Positions 1 through 11,498 of a DNA stretch of 32,000 nucleotides are shown piece by piece. Position 1 is the stretch's first letter; each line of letters opens with the position of its first letter. The position numbers and the translations under genes were made by a program. Source of the DNA: Bacillus subtilis subsp. subtilis str. 168 (GTDB lineage Bacteria; Bacillota; Bacilli; Bacillales; Bacillaceae); NCBI RefSeq assembly GCF_000009045.1, contig NC_000964.3:1170001-1202000 (forward strand). The letters run 5' to 3'. Under the pieces are notes generated by a model, which did no database searches, had not been told where the DNA came from, and was given only the letters and a program-made list of their open reading frames with translations.

Positions 1-476
1 GTGAAATGTTTGATCTCTCCGTTTCGCGCTTTTTTATAAAGCCCTTTTGGATCGCGCTGTTCACAAACATGCAGCGGGCACTTCACATAAATTTCGAAGA
101 ACTCACCTTTAGGAAAGAGCGCTCTAACCATGTCCCGATCCTCTCTGAATGGAGAAATAAAAGCCGTTAAAATCATTTGCCCGCTGTCGACAAACAGCTT
201 CGCCACTTCTCCGATCCGGCGGATGTTTTCAATCCTGTCACCAGTCTGAAATCCAAGATCTTTGTTTAAGCCGTGGCGGATATTATCACCGTCAAGCACG
301 TAGCTCTGAATGCCCTTGCGGTAAAGCTTTTCATCGACAGCATTGGCCAGCACCGATTTTCCGGAGCCGGACAAACCTGTAAACCAAAGGACGCAGCTTT
401 TGTGTCCGTTTAAGGACTGTCTGTCAGACTTTGAGATGGCAGCGGGATGCCAAATGATGTTCGGATTGTGTGTCAT
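1..476 (-). CDS. yisZ: Adenylylsulfate kinase (APS kinase), partial, runs off left edge
   Basis: Manual reverse-strand translation from ATG at 476: [41 protein letters not shown]..., with Walker A GLSGSGKS and later [16 protein letters not shown] and [13 protein letters not shown], typical of CysC. Its ATG overlaps the TGA of the upstream gene (ATGA). Confidence 0.93.
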   Translation of the reverse strand, partial: MTHNPNIIWHPAAISKSDRQSLNGHKSCVLWFTGLSGSGKSVLANAVDEKLYRKGIQSYVLDGDNIRHGLNKDLGFQTGDRIENIRRIGEVAKLFVDSGQMILTAFISPFREDRDMVRALFPKGEFFEIYVKCPLHVCEQRDPKGLYKKARNGEIKHF

Positions 477-1651
477 TGCAATTCCCCGCTGTTTTGCTTG
501 ATGGCAACAGGCTGTTGGTGAAGTCCCTTGATCAGCACGGCTGCGACCTCAGGCCGGCTGAATTCTTTAGGCGGCTTTTTGCCTTGGCGGAGAAGCTCTC
601 TCACTTTTGTGCCTGATAAGTGGATGTGGTCTCTCGGGCTGTGCGGACATGTTTTGGAGGTGCCCATGTTTCCGCATTTTCGGCAATAAAAGCTGTGCTC
701 AAAAAACAGCGGCTTGATGCCCAGCTCTTCCTCTGTGAATGATTGAAAAATATTTTGGGCGTCGTATGTTCCATAGTAGCTGCCGACACCCGCGTGATCA
801 CGGCCTACAATAAAATGGGTACAGCCGTAATTTTTTCGGACGAGCGCATGGAAAATCGCTTCCCGCGGACCTGCATAACGCATGGCGGCAGGGAAAACCG
901 ATAACATGACACGATCCTTTGGATAATAGTGATTAAGCAAAGCCTGGTAGCTCTCCATTCTGATATCGCTGGGGATATCGTCTGACTTTGTTTCTCCGAC
1001 AAGTGGGTGAAGCAGCAGACCGTCGACCGTTTCTAACGCTGTTTTTTGAATGTATTCATGCGCTCTGTGAACAGGGTTCCTGGTTTGAAAGCCGACAATC
1101 GTCTTCCAGCCGAGTTTTTGAAAGGCCGCTCTTGTTTCAGCGGGCGTTGCATAAAACTGTTCGAAAGATTTGTCAGGCAGGCTGCTGACCGTGATAGGCC
1201 CTCCGATATAGTAATCCGGGCGCGCCAGCAATTTTTTTACGCCTGGGTGGGCAGGATCGTTTGTTTTAAAAACAGACAGTGCTTCTTGTGTTTTATCAGG
1301 CTGGTATATATCGGTGACTGTGATCATGCCGTAGGTAACACCGTCTTTCACAAGCTTGACGTGATCTCCGGCAGACAGCTGTCTTGCTGTTTTTTCTCCG
1401 ACAGGCAGCGTAATCGGCAGGCTCCACGGCAAGCCGTTTGCCAGCCTCATCTCTTTCACAACGGAATGATAATCTTTTTCTCCCAAAAAACCTGTTAACG
1501 GGCTGTAGCCGCCGATCGCAATAAGCTCCAGATCACTCAGTGCAAGCTGATCCAGCTCTGCTTGGCACGCGCACCCTTCAAAATGGCATGCGGGATCACA
1601 GCGGTTGATTAATACCCCTCCGTGGGGTTCGTTTCCATTCAACGTGTTCAA
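473..1651 (-). CDS. yitA: Sulfate adenylyltransferase (ATP sulfurylase)
   Basis: 392 aa ORF with [12 protein letters not shown] and [12 protein letters not shown] motifs of dissimilatory-type Sat family. Confidence 0.95.
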   Translation of the reverse strand: MNTLNGNEPHGGVLINRCDPACHFEGCACQAELDQLALSDLELIAIGGYSPLTGFLGEKDYHSVVKEMRLANGLPWSLPITLPVGEKTARQLSAGDHVKLVKDGVTYGMITVTDIYQPDKTQEALSVFKTNDPAHPGVKKLLARPDYYIGGPITVSSLPDKSFEQFYATPAETRAAFQKLGWKTIVGFQTRNPVHRAHEYIQKTALETVDGLLLHPLVGETKSDDIPSDIRMESYQALLNHYYPKDRVMLSVFPAAMRYAGPREAIFHALVRKNYGCTHFIVGRDHAGVGSYYGTYDAQNIFQSFTEEELGIKPLFFEHSFYCRKCGNMGTSKTCPHSPRDHIHLSGTKVRELLRQGKKPPKEFSRPEVAAVLIKGLHQQPVAIKQNSGELQ

Positions 1652-1754
1652 CCTCCATTTATACGTTTCCTTGTTTTCTTTTCTGCACTTAATGAAAGTT
1701 TGACATCAGCGCCTTAACATCATTTCGATTCTCACATCAAGAACCTGCCATCCG

Positions 1755-2465
1755 CTATTCTTGATGCAGGCCGCATTCTGTTTTCTCCCGTCCGGCCCAT
1801 CTTCCAGCCCTCTCATCGTTCGGGTCCGGGGAAGGCAGTGTACACATTTCACAGCCTATGCTCGGATAATGTTGATCGTGCAGTTTGTTATAAGGCAAAT
1901 TGTGCAGGCGGATGTACGTCCAAACGTCATCCCATGTCCAGTGGATAAGCGGGCAAATTTTGATGAGCTCAAACTTCTGGTCCAGGTTTACGTATTGAAT
2001 ATGCTTTCTCGTTGGTGACTGATCCCGGCGCAGTCCTGAAATCCAAGCTGTCATGCCGGACAGGTGCTTTTTGAGCGGTTCGATTTTCCGCAATTGGCAG
2101 CAGAGGTTCGGGTTATGCTTCCACAGCTCTCCGCCGTACTTCGTCCCCTGTTCTGTTAAGCTCAGCTCGGGTTCGAGCATCTGGATTGCAAATCCCGGAT
2201 ATCGTTCTTTGACGGTCTCGATCAGCTCATATGTTTCCTGAAAATGAAGCCCGGTATCCAAAAAGATGATGTGTGCGTTTTTGTTGATTTTTGATATTAA
2301 GTCGAGAAGCACCATTCCTTCTGCGCCAAAGCTGCAGGCGTACACAATCTTTTCTCCGTACGTTCGGTAAGCCCATTTCAACACATCGAGCTCATCGATC
2401 AATTGATCCGTTATCTGTTTGGACAGCATGTCGTTCCAAGTGTCATATGTGATGGTTTCGTTCAA
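1755..2465 (-). CDS. yitB: Phosphoadenylyl-/adenylyl-sulfate reductase (CysH family)
   Basis: 236 aa; SFGAEGMVLLDL, CCQLRKIEPL, GIRR-like SGLRRDQSPTR and C-terminal ECGLHQE signatures. Confidence 0.94.
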   Translation of the reverse strand: MNETITYDTWNDMLSKQITDQLIDELDVLKWAYRTYGEKIVYACSFGAEGMVLLDLISKINKNAHIIFLDTGLHFQETYELIETVKERYPGFAIQMLEPELSLTEQGTKYGGELWKHNPNLCCQLRKIEPLKKHLSGMTAWISGLRRDQSPTRKHIQYVNLDQKFELIKICPLIHWTWDDVWTYIRLHNLPYNKLHDQHYPSIGCEMCTLPSPDPNDERAGRWAGREKTECGLHQE

Positions 2466-2649
2466 TGTTTTCCCCCCGTTTGCATCTGCTTTTTTTATCT
2501 ATTGATCGAGTTATAGGCAGACTATTCATTTTTTGCATAAAGGTTCAGGTTTTAGGTGCCGCGCCCGCCTAAAATGAGGTGCGGAACCATTAAGAGCCCG
2601 GCTGAATATGCTTTTTAGCAAAATGGTTTTATGCCCAAGGAGAGGTAGT

Positions 2650-3336
2650 ATGCCGATTGCCATTTATCAGGGGCATCATCATTCGCTTGCCCCGGCGGAC
2701 ATTAACATCGTCATTGATGTCATCAGAGCCTTTACGGTCGCCCATTATGCGTTTATCGGCGGGGCGAAAGAGATTTTGTTGGTCCGGACAGCTGATGAAG
2801 CCTTTGCGCTGAAAGACACCTATCCGGATTATGTTTTGACGGGAGAGGAAAAGGGGGTCGGTATCAGCGGATTTGATTTAGATAATTCTCCAAAACGTAT
2901 GGCTGGGCAGAATATGACGGATAAAAGCCTGATCCAGAAAACAACAAACGGCGTCACAGCAGCATTGGGGGCGCTGAACGCAAAGCATCTGTTCGTAACT
3001 GGATTTTCCAATGCCAAAACAACGGCACAGCATGTGAAAAAGCTCGTCGCAAACGATTGTGTCATAAACATAGTGGCTTCCCATCCATCCGGTGATGACG
3101 ATATGGCATGTGCGGAGTATATCAAAGGCATCATTGAAGGGACAAATGTGGTAACGGCTGCGGAGGCGATTGAAAGAATAAAAGGCTCTTCTGTTGCGGA
3201 GAAGTTTTTTGACTGCCGCCAGCCATTGTTTGATTCGGAAGACATCGTTTACTGTACAAAAGAACTGACGGGCGATTTCGTGATGAAAGTGAAACAAGAT
3301 GGAGAAGTTCCAACGATAGAGAGGGTCATAATATGA
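2650..3336 (+). CDS. yitC: 2-phosphosulfolactate phosphatase (ComB family)
   Basis: ORF 2608..3336; preferred start MPIAIYQGHHHSL at 2650 preceded by AGGAGAGG. VIDVIRAFTVAHYAF ComB-like motif. 228 aa. Confidence 0.88.
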   Translation: MPIAIYQGHHHSLAPADINIVIDVIRAFTVAHYAFIGGAKEILLVRTADEAFALKDTYPDYVLTGEEKGVGISGFDLDNSPKRMAGQNMTDKSLIQKTTNGVTAALGALNAKHLFVTGFSNAKTTAQHVKKLVANDCVINIVASHPSGDDDMACAEYIKGIIEGTNVVTAAEAIERIKGSSVAEKFFDCRQPLFDSEDIVYCTKELTGDFVMKVKQDGEVPTIERVII

Positions 3337-4091
3337 ATGATTTTTCACTAGAATTGCCAGTGAGAACAAACAAGCCGAGAGAAACCGGGCAGTCCATTTT
3401 AATTGATAACGGCTATCCCTTGCAATTTTTCAAAGATGCGATAGCCGGAGCGTCCGACTATATTGATTTTGTGAAATTCGGCTGGGGCACATCATTACTT
3501 ACGAAAGATCTTGAAGAAAAAATCAGCACACTGAAAGAACATGACATTACATTTTTCTTTGGCGGCACACTGTTTGAAAAGTACGTAAGCCAGAAAAAAG
3601 TGAATGAATTTCATCGGTACTGCACCTATTTCGGCTGTGAATATATTGAGATTTCAAACGGTACGCTCCCGATGACAAATAAAGAGAAAGCGGCTTACAT
3701 TGCCGATTTTTCTGATGAATTTCTTGTGCTCAGTGAGGTGGGCAGCAAGGATGCGGAATTAGCAAGCCGGCAAAGCTCTGAGGAATGGCTTGAATATATC
3801 GTTGAGGATATGGAAGCGGGCGCGGAAAAAGTGATTACAGAAGCCAGAGAAAGCGGAACGGGAGGGATCTGTTCCAGCAGCGGCGATGTCAGGTTTCAAA
3901 TTGTTGACGACATCATTTCCTCGGATATTGATATCAACAGGCTGATTTTTGAAGCGCCTAACAAAACGCTTCAGCAAGGGTTTATTCAAAAAATCGGGCC
4001 GAATGTGAATCTTGCCAATATTCCATTTCATGATGCCATCGCGTTGGAAACGCTGCGTTTAGGGCTAAGATCCGATACCTTTTTTCTGTAA
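3333..4091 (+). CDS. yitD: Phosphosulfolactate synthase (ComA family)
   Basis: 252 aa; DFVKFGWGTSLL and TFFFGGTLFEKY typical of ComA; ATGA overlap with yitC stop. Confidence 0.9.
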   Translation: MNDFSLELPVRTNKPRETGQSILIDNGYPLQFFKDAIAGASDYIDFVKFGWGTSLLTKDLEEKISTLKEHDITFFFGGTLFEKYVSQKKVNEFHRYCTYFGCEYIEISNGTLPMTNKEKAAYIADFSDEFLVLSEVGSKDAELASRQSSEEWLEYIVEDMEAGAEKVITEARESGTGGICSSSGDVRFQIVDDIISSDIDINRLIFEAPNKTLQQGFIQKIGPNVNLANIPFHDAIALETLRLGLRSDTFFL

Positions 4092-4096
4092 AATAG

Positions 4097-4837
<741 letters not shown>

Positions 4838-4860
4838 TCAAAATAAAGAAATGGCCCAGC

Positions 4861-5976
4861 TTAATAGGCTGAGCCATCCCACTTGTAGCGATTGACGATC
4901 TCCATATTGATCTCTGTGCCAATGCCTTTTCCTTTCGGGATGTGGACCATTCCTTTTGAAGGCTGCAGGCTGACGAGATCTGTAAAAGGATTCTCCATGA
5001 CGTCCCACTCGATCGGTTCAATGTGATCGTTCTTCATTTTAGACCATGGGGGCAGACAGGCTTGTGCAAATAAAGCATAGAGCCGTGAGAGCGATCCGTC
5101 ATATGCATGGGCGGATGCTCTGACGCCGAAATAACGCGCGAGCTGGAGGCAGTCCCGAAACTCATCAATTCCGTTGACATGCATGACATCGGGCTGAATG
5201 ATATCCAAACAGCGCTGTGAAAGGAGAGGCACATATTGCGCCGGGCCTTTCATGTTTTCTCCGCCGGCAACAGGAACAGACAAACGGCTTCGAAGCATAG
5301 CGTAATCCTGCGGCTGATCAAAGGGCAAAGGCTCCTCAAGCCAGCCAATGTTCGTCCATTCGGAGAAATAGCGCTCCCATTTAAAAGCCGCAGCGGCATC
5401 GTAGCTTTGGTTTGCGTCCAGAATCATCGTAATGGAGCTGCCTGCTGTATGCTGCAGCGCATTGATGTGCCGGACATCCTCCTTGAATGAAGTCCCGCCA
5501 ATTTTGACTTTGATTTGCTCAAAACCTTTTTTCAACTGGGCTTCAACATTGGAGACTGAGCGGCTGATCCATTGCGGGGAGTCTGAGTACGATTGAAAAG
5601 ACGCGTACACAGGAATCTCCTCTCTGTATCGCCCGCCCCATAATTCGCAAACCGAACAATCCGCAGCTTTGGCTGCAATCTCTGTCAGCGCCATGCTTAC
5701 AGCGGAGGCCGCCCGCTGGTGCCATTTTTGAATCGTGCGCACTAATGACAGGCGGCTGCCAGCCTGTTTTCCTAATAGAAATGGGATGATCCGCTTCGTA
5801 AAACCGACATGGAGAGCAGGGAGCCAATCAACGCATTCTCCCCAGCCGTCTATCCCGCTTTCGGTGATAATCCTGATGAGATAACAAGTCCGATATCGTT
5901 TAAACCCATTGGCATCTCCGTATGGCTTTTCTAATCGATGAAATAGCGGAAAGGTTTCAATCCGTACAATTTTCAC
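4861..5976 (-). CDS. yitF: Enolase-superfamily (mandelate racemase/muconate lactonizing-like) enzyme
   Basis: 371 aa; [32 protein letters not shown] motifs. Confidence 0.9.
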
Positions 5977-5984
5977 ACTGGGTG

Positions 5985-7253
5985 CTACCTTTCCTCAGCG
6001 GGCTGGAGCCGATTGCCAGCCATTTTAGGGTCTTCTTTTTCTTTTGTTTCTTCATTGTTTTGCTTCACATGGATGAGCATCATCACAAGAATCCCGACAA
6101 CGAGAGTCAATCCCGCGATGCTTAAAAACATGCCGGGTCTGGACCATTGCATCAGGCGGCCGAAAATCGGAGGACCGATCGCTACCCCTAAGAAACGTAC
6201 AGAGCCGTACAGCGAGGTGACAAATCCCCGTCTTTCTTTGCCGACAGCCCCGGTAATGAAACTGTTCACACAAGGAAGGACAAGACCTGAGCCTATACTG
6301 CTCAGTACAAGAACACTGATAAAAAGGACAAGATTTTCAATGAATGACAGTGCCGCGTAGGATACGGTCATGAACGCCAATCCAAGTACGATCAGCTTTT
6401 TCATTAACGATTGCTTTTGCCCGATTTTGCTTCCTGTTGTATAGGACGTCACACACATAACCAAAAGCGGGATCGCTAAAATTAAGCCTTTTTTCACGCC
6501 GTCGGTGTCGTATGTTTTTTCAAGAACATCTGAGAGATAAAACAGGATGCCGAATAAAGTAAACAAACAGGTCGCACCGGCTAAATAAGCGGTAAACAGC
6601 CATCTGCCTTCATGTTTAAAGACACTTAACAGCCCTTTTGCATATTGTCCGATTGGTGGCGGTTCTTTTTCCTTTTTCTTTTCTTTAATAAAAATCCAAG
6701 TCAGTACGATCGAAATGATACAAAACACAGGAAAGGCAAAAAACGCGCCATACCAGACAAGCAGGGCGATCAGCGAGCCAATGATCGGCGATAGCACTTT
6801 CCCCATGCCGTTTGAAGCTTCAACAAGGCCGAGCACCTTGCTCTCCTGGGCGCCTTTAAACAGATCTCCCGTCAGTGCCATGGCAATTGGGCCGGTTCCG
6901 GCTGCCCCGATTCCCTGTAACGCTCGTCCTGCCATGACCCAAGGATAGGCATTGTCAAAAAAACCTGCCGCAAACCCGGCTAACAAACCGCCGGCACCAT
7001 ACAAAATTAAGCAGGGAATAATGATGACTTTCCTTGAGAATCGGTCTGCGAGATAACCGACAATCGGAATCGCAAATGCTGCAATCAAGGAAAATACTGT
7101 GATCACGAGACTGACTTGAAATTGTGATAAATGAAGTTCAGATTTCATTTTTGGCAAAATCGGAATAAGCATCGAGTTTCCTAGGGTTAATATTAAAGGG
7201 ATTGAACCGATTGCCACAATCGTCATTCCGTTATTTTGTTTTGATGATTCCAT
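5985..7253 (-). CDS. yitG: MFS transporter
   Basis: 426 aa ORF (5985..7265) with [18 protein letters not shown] loop motif and multiple TM segments; likely start MESSKQNNG at 7253. Confidence 0.88.
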
Positions 7254-7364
7254 CTCAGAGCACACTCCTTTTCTTCTGCTTAGAATGTCCCTGATGGCTT
7301 CGTTTATTCAGCGATCAGACAGCAAAAAACCGAACAGAAGATACCTGTTCGGGAAAAAAGAGGG

Positions 7365-8213
7365 TTAACCGAGAGCCTGTGAAATCAAAGCATATAAGTG
7401 TCCATTTTGAATAGGCGCTTTTTTCTGATAGAACAAAATCGGAGGTTCATCATCTTTATGAAATCCCATTTCTATCAGGCTGTCATGCAGAGACGTGTGT
7501 TCACTCGGTATATCGATTCGCATCGGCCCTTGTTTGCCGGCCGCCAGCCTTGTAATTATCTGTGCTGCAACATCTGATGATGGAGCGATGATAGGGCCGA
7601 ATTTCAAATTGGCCGGTGTCTGTACAGAAAGTCCGTAGCCAATGAGCTGTCCGTCCTGATTTCTGGCGATGATACATTCGCATGAAGCAGAAATAAGCTG
7701 CTGCAAAAGGTTTGATCGATCTCCGCCAAAGGCAGCCAGATCCGCCGCGGTTAAGTCGTGAAAGTCTTGTTCTCTAAAGGATGTCAGTTCAGCATCAAGC
7801 TTTTTTGTATAAGGTTGAAAACTGTGACAGCTGTACTTTCGCACTGAACCTGCCGTATGAAAACCTGCTTTTTCATAAAGCGGCAAACCTTCTTTTGTGG
7901 CGCAAAGCCTGATGGCGGTGTTTTCATCCGTTTGGGTAATACAGGCGTTTACCATACGCCGGCCAAGACCGAGCCGTTGATATTCCTTGTCAACGATAAC
8001 AAGGCCGATAGAAGTAAGACGGCCAAACAAAAACAAGCCGATGCAGGAAATAATATCACCGCTGACATTTTGATAACCGAAAAAGCGTCCCTGCTGAACA
8101 AGCAGTTTCAGCTCTTGTTCGCCATAATCCGGCCACCCGGCTTGCCCGCAAAGCCGCAATAAGCCGGAAACGTGTTCTTCATGAAGCTTAATCAGTTCAT
8201 CTACTACGTCCAT
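7365..8213 (-). CDS. yitH: GNAT-family N-acetyltransferase
   Basis: ORF 7365..8330; likely start MDVVDELIKLHE at 8213 (AGGTGAT upstream), 282 aa; IVDKEYQRLGLGRRMVNACI acetyl-CoA binding motif. Confidence 0.85.
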   Translation of the reverse strand: MDVVDELIKLHEEHVSGLLRLCGQAGWPDYGEQELKLLVQQGRFFGYQNVSGDIISCIGLFLFGRLTSIGLVIVDKEYQRLGLGRRMVNACITQTDENTAIRLCATKEGLPLYEKAGFHTAGSVRKYSCHSFQPYTKKLDAELTSFREQDFHDLTAADLAAFGGDRSNLLQQLISASCECIIARNQDGQLIGYGLSVQTPANLKFGPIIAPSSDVAAQIITRLAAGKQGPMRIDIPSEHTSLHDSLIEMGFHKDDEPPILFYQKKAPIQNGHLYALISQALG

Positions 8214-8217
8214 AAGA

Positions 8218-8667
8218 TCACCTGCTTGTTCTAAGTGTTTTGTACATGACAATATGATTGCCAATGCCGGGAATGTCAAATGGTTCGCCAAGTTCCTTCC
8301 AGCCAAGCTTGGCATAGTAGCCCTTGACATGGTGTCTTGCGTTGCACCATACCGCCTGAACGCCGCTCTCCGCCAGTTTGTGCTCCGCGTGTTTGATCAG
8401 CGTGCTTCCAGCTTTTTGATCGCGATATCCCTCGAGCGTTGCCATGCCTCTCAGCCGATACGCAGAGGCTTCCGTTAATAAAGGCTGACTTTGCGGGGAA
8501 AAAGAAGCGATGCTGATCAGCGTTCCATCATAAAACACGCCGAGATGAAAGGAGCCTTCTGCGTGATCCTCTTTATATTTGCATTGTTCGATGGATTGAT
8601 GGGGACGCAGAATGCGATGCCGGATTTCATATGTATCTTCCACGGAAATGGTTTTGACTTCGAGCAT
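8218..8667 (-). CDS. yitI: GNAT-family N-acetyltransferase
   Basis: Start MLEVKTISVEDTYEIRHRILRP at 8667 with GAGGAAC SD; YRDQKAGSTLIKHAE and AHVKGYYAKLGW motifs. 149 aa. Confidence 0.88.
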   Translation of the reverse strand: MLEVKTISVEDTYEIRHRILRPHQSIEQCKYKEDHAEGSFHLGVFYDGTLISIASFSPQSQPLLTEASAYRLRGMATLEGYRDQKAGSTLIKHAEHKLAESGVQAVWCNARHHVKGYYAKLGWKELGEPFDIPGIGNHIVMYKTLRTSR

Positions 8668-8756
8668 AATGTTCCTCCTCATGATTGTTTTTCTATATCG
8701 TAACACGAATCTCGTTGAAAAAGACTGCCCGATTCGATCAGGCAGTCTTTTGGAAA

Positions 8757-10595
8757 TTAATGCAAAAAGATATTTTGGCGCTGCTCATCTTTTTGCTGAA
8801 TATATGATGTGAGCTCAGCGGTTAAGTCAGATCTGAGGAAAGGCGTTATCAAGTAGATGCCGTTAAACAGCTCGCATGCCGTATCCAGCAGGGAGCGTGC
8901 AATTGCAAGGCCTTCCGCCTTTTGCTTTTCTTTATCTTCACCGGCATGGGCCATTTTTTCGCGAATCGTATCAGACAGCTTAATGCCGGGAATTTCATTA
9001 TGGATGAATTCGGCATTCCGGCTGCTTGTCAGCGGCATGATGCCGATATAGATCGGCGTCTTCAGATGTTTTGTTTCGTTATGGATATCGACAAGCTGCT
9101 GCTCGGAATAGACAGGCTGAGAAACAAAATAATCTGCGCCGCAATCTATTTTTTTCTCAAGCCGTTTTACCGCTTTATCCAGATGGCGGACGTTAGGATT
9201 AAATGCGGCGGCAACTGAGAAATTCGTTTTCTTGCCGAGCGGTTTTCCAGACAGAGACAGACCTTCATTGAATTGTTTGATCAGCCTGATTAAATCAAAA
9301 GATGTTAAATCATATACAGACGTCGCCCCAGGAAAATCCCCGATTTTAGAAGGGTCACCTGTAATAGCAAGCACGTCATTCAGCCCTAACGTATCAAGGC
9401 CCATTAAATGTGACTGTAAGCCGATAATGTTACGGTCACGGCACGTAATATGGACAAGGGAACGCATATCGAGCTGCTGCTTGACAAGGGCGCCGCAGGC
9501 AACATTGCTGATCCGCGGGGTCGCCAAAGAATTGTCGGCGAGTGTCAGGGCATCGATTCCCGCTTCTTTTAATTCAGCAGCAGCGGACAGAAATTTGTCA
9601 AAGCTTAGTTTTTTCGGCGGGTCCAGCTCTACGATAATAGAGCGTTTTTTCGCTGCGATCTCATCCAGGCCGGGCTCGGTTCGCTCGTGATGAACAGAAA
9701 TGAATTCTTTCGCCCGGGTTTTGACTTCTTTTTCCGTAATCGGAGCCAGCCCGCCAACCGCTTCCGCCATCGCCCTGATGTGATTCGGCGTTGTGCCGCA
9801 GCAGCCGCCGATAATCCGCGCACCTTGCTTACGGAATTCTGACGCGCTGTTTTGAAAATACGTGTCGTCTGTTTCATAGACGAGCCGTCCCTCTTCAAGC
9901 GAAGGAAGACTGCTGTTCGGATAAACGGATAAGAATACGTCATCAAAAATCGGCACTTCGCTTAGCGCTTCAATCATGTGATAAGGGCCGAGGCGGCAGT
10001 TAATGCCGACAATATCAGCTCCGAGATCCGCAATCGAGCGCAATGCGTCAGAAAGCGGCGTTCCGTCCTGCAATACGCCTTGCTCGTGCATGGAGACATT
10101 GAGCATAATCGGAAGATCAGTCTCTTTGCGCGCGATTTTCAGCACTTCACGGGCTTCTTCCAAATCATAATATGTTTCTAACAGCAAGCCATCCGGCTCT
10201 TCATGCAGCAGCAGATACAGCTGCTCGCGGAAGCTGCGCTTAATTTCGTCAAGACTGTATGCGTTTTTATTAAATGTGCGTATGCCGCCCATCGTTCCAA
10301 GCACGTATGCATCGCCTGCTGAAGCCCGCGCGATCTTTACGGCCTCCTGATTCATTTTTTTGATGTCATCCTCAAGCCCGTGTCTGGATAATTTAATATA
10401 GTTGGCTCCGTACGTATTCGTTTGAATAATGTTGGCTCCCGCTTCAACGTACGCTTTATGTATGCGCTGAATTTCCTCCGGCTTTGAAATATTGAGCTCC
10501 TCAAAACACCTGTCAATGCCATAGGAGTAGAGGAGCGTCCCCATGGCGCCGTCACCGATTAACACCTGTCTTTGCAAATCTTCTAAAAGTCCCAT
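8757..10595 (-). CDS. yitJ: Bifunctional homocysteine S-methyltransferase / 5,10-methylenetetrahydrofolate reductase
   Basis: 612 aa; N-terminal [29 protein letters not shown] (homocysteine S-methyltransferase); C-terminal MetF-like domain ([32 protein letters not shown]). Confidence 0.95.
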
Positions 10596-10639
10596 TGTCT
10601 GCCTCCTTTATTCACATCAGCAAGGAAAAAAGAGAAATA

Positions 10640-10667
10640 AAAAAAGTCCTCTTAAGAAGAAGACTTT
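10640..10667 (-). terminator. Intrinsic terminator of the yitJ leader (expression platform of the S-box riboswitch)
   Basis: On the minus strand AAGTCTTC-TTCTTAA-GAGGACTT followed by TTTTTT, just downstream of the S-box aptamer. Confidence 0.85.
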
Positions 10668-10682
10668 GTCAGTGATTTTGTC

Positions 10683-10801
10683 TCTTCTTATCTTCCAAGC
10701 TGTTCGAGCTTGCTGGATTTAGCACCTTGGTCATGGCTGATCGCCATTACACCGGTTGCTGAAGCTTCGTCGGGCCAGTCCCTCTGCTTCTCTTGATAAG
10801 A
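10683..10801 (-). promoter_or_regulatory. SAM-I (S-box) riboswitch aptamer in the yitJ leader
   Basis: Minus-strand CTTATCAAGAGAAGCAGAGGGACTGGCCCGACGAAGCTTCAGCAACCGG...AAGGTGCTAAATCCAGCAAG...CTTGGAAGATAAG; contains canonical S-box core (AGAGNNNNAGAGGGA, GCTTCAGCAACC, GGTGCTAAATCCNGC). Confidence 0.97.
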
Positions 10802-10908
10802 ACGGATATGAAATTTTCGTGTCAGGAAGTGCCAAAAGATATCTGGCGTTTTTCCCTTTCTCCAAATTTACCGAAAATAAAGACAATAATCAATAGGAAT
10901 CAGAAAAT

Positions 10909-11400
10909 TTATCTGAAATTTATAAATTGAACGTCAATTGGCAGATCTGCTCCCCGTACAGCTGAGATAATCTGCTGCAGGTCATCTTTGTTTTTTCCGG
11001 TGACACGCACTTGATCATCCTGCACCTGAGACTTTACTTTCAGTCCGGAGTTTTTGATGATCGTATTGATTTTTTTTGCGTTGTCCTTGTCAATGCCTTG
11101 AACAAGCTTTGCACGCTGGCGCACCGTTCCGCCTGACGCGTTTTCAACCTTGCCGTAATCAATGTTTTTTGTCGGTACGTTTCGTTTAATCAATTTGCTG
11201 ACCAGCACATCTTTCAGCTGGCTTAATTTGAATTCGTCATCGGAAACGAGGACCAGCTCCTCTTTATCTAAAGAAATGTCGCTTTTGCTGCCTTTAAAGT
11301 CATATCGGGTACTGATTTCCTTCAGTGCGATTTGGATTGCGTTTTGCACTTCAGGCAATTCCACCTTGGATACAATATCAAATGAACTTTCTTTTGCCAT
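10909..11400 (-). CDS. yitK: YajQ/UPF0234-family nucleotide-binding protein
   Basis: 163 aa; [18 protein letters not shown] and [11 protein letters not shown] signature. Confidence 0.93.
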
Positions 11401-11498
11401 ATGAAAACCTCCATAACATTTAACTTATGTGTTGATTATAGTAGAATAAAGAGAAACTTCCAACAGAACAAAGAATCAATTTGTGATGATTGGAAAAA

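Noticed and set aside
1046-1498. Plus-strand 150-aa ORF
   Set aside because: Fully antisense within yitA, with no recognised family features; typical shadow ORF.
2466-2649. Possible S-box or other cysteine-linked riboswitch in the yitB/yitC divergent region
   Set aside because: No S-box core (AGAGGGA / CAGCAACC / GGTGCTAAATCC) on either strand, and no convincing alternative riboswitch.
2829-3369. Minus-strand ORFs of 138 and 163 aa
   Set aside because: Antisense to yitC, whose ComB-family product is clear; no SD or family support noted.
9232-9690. Plus-strand 152-aa ORF
   Set aside because: Antisense shadow within yitJ.
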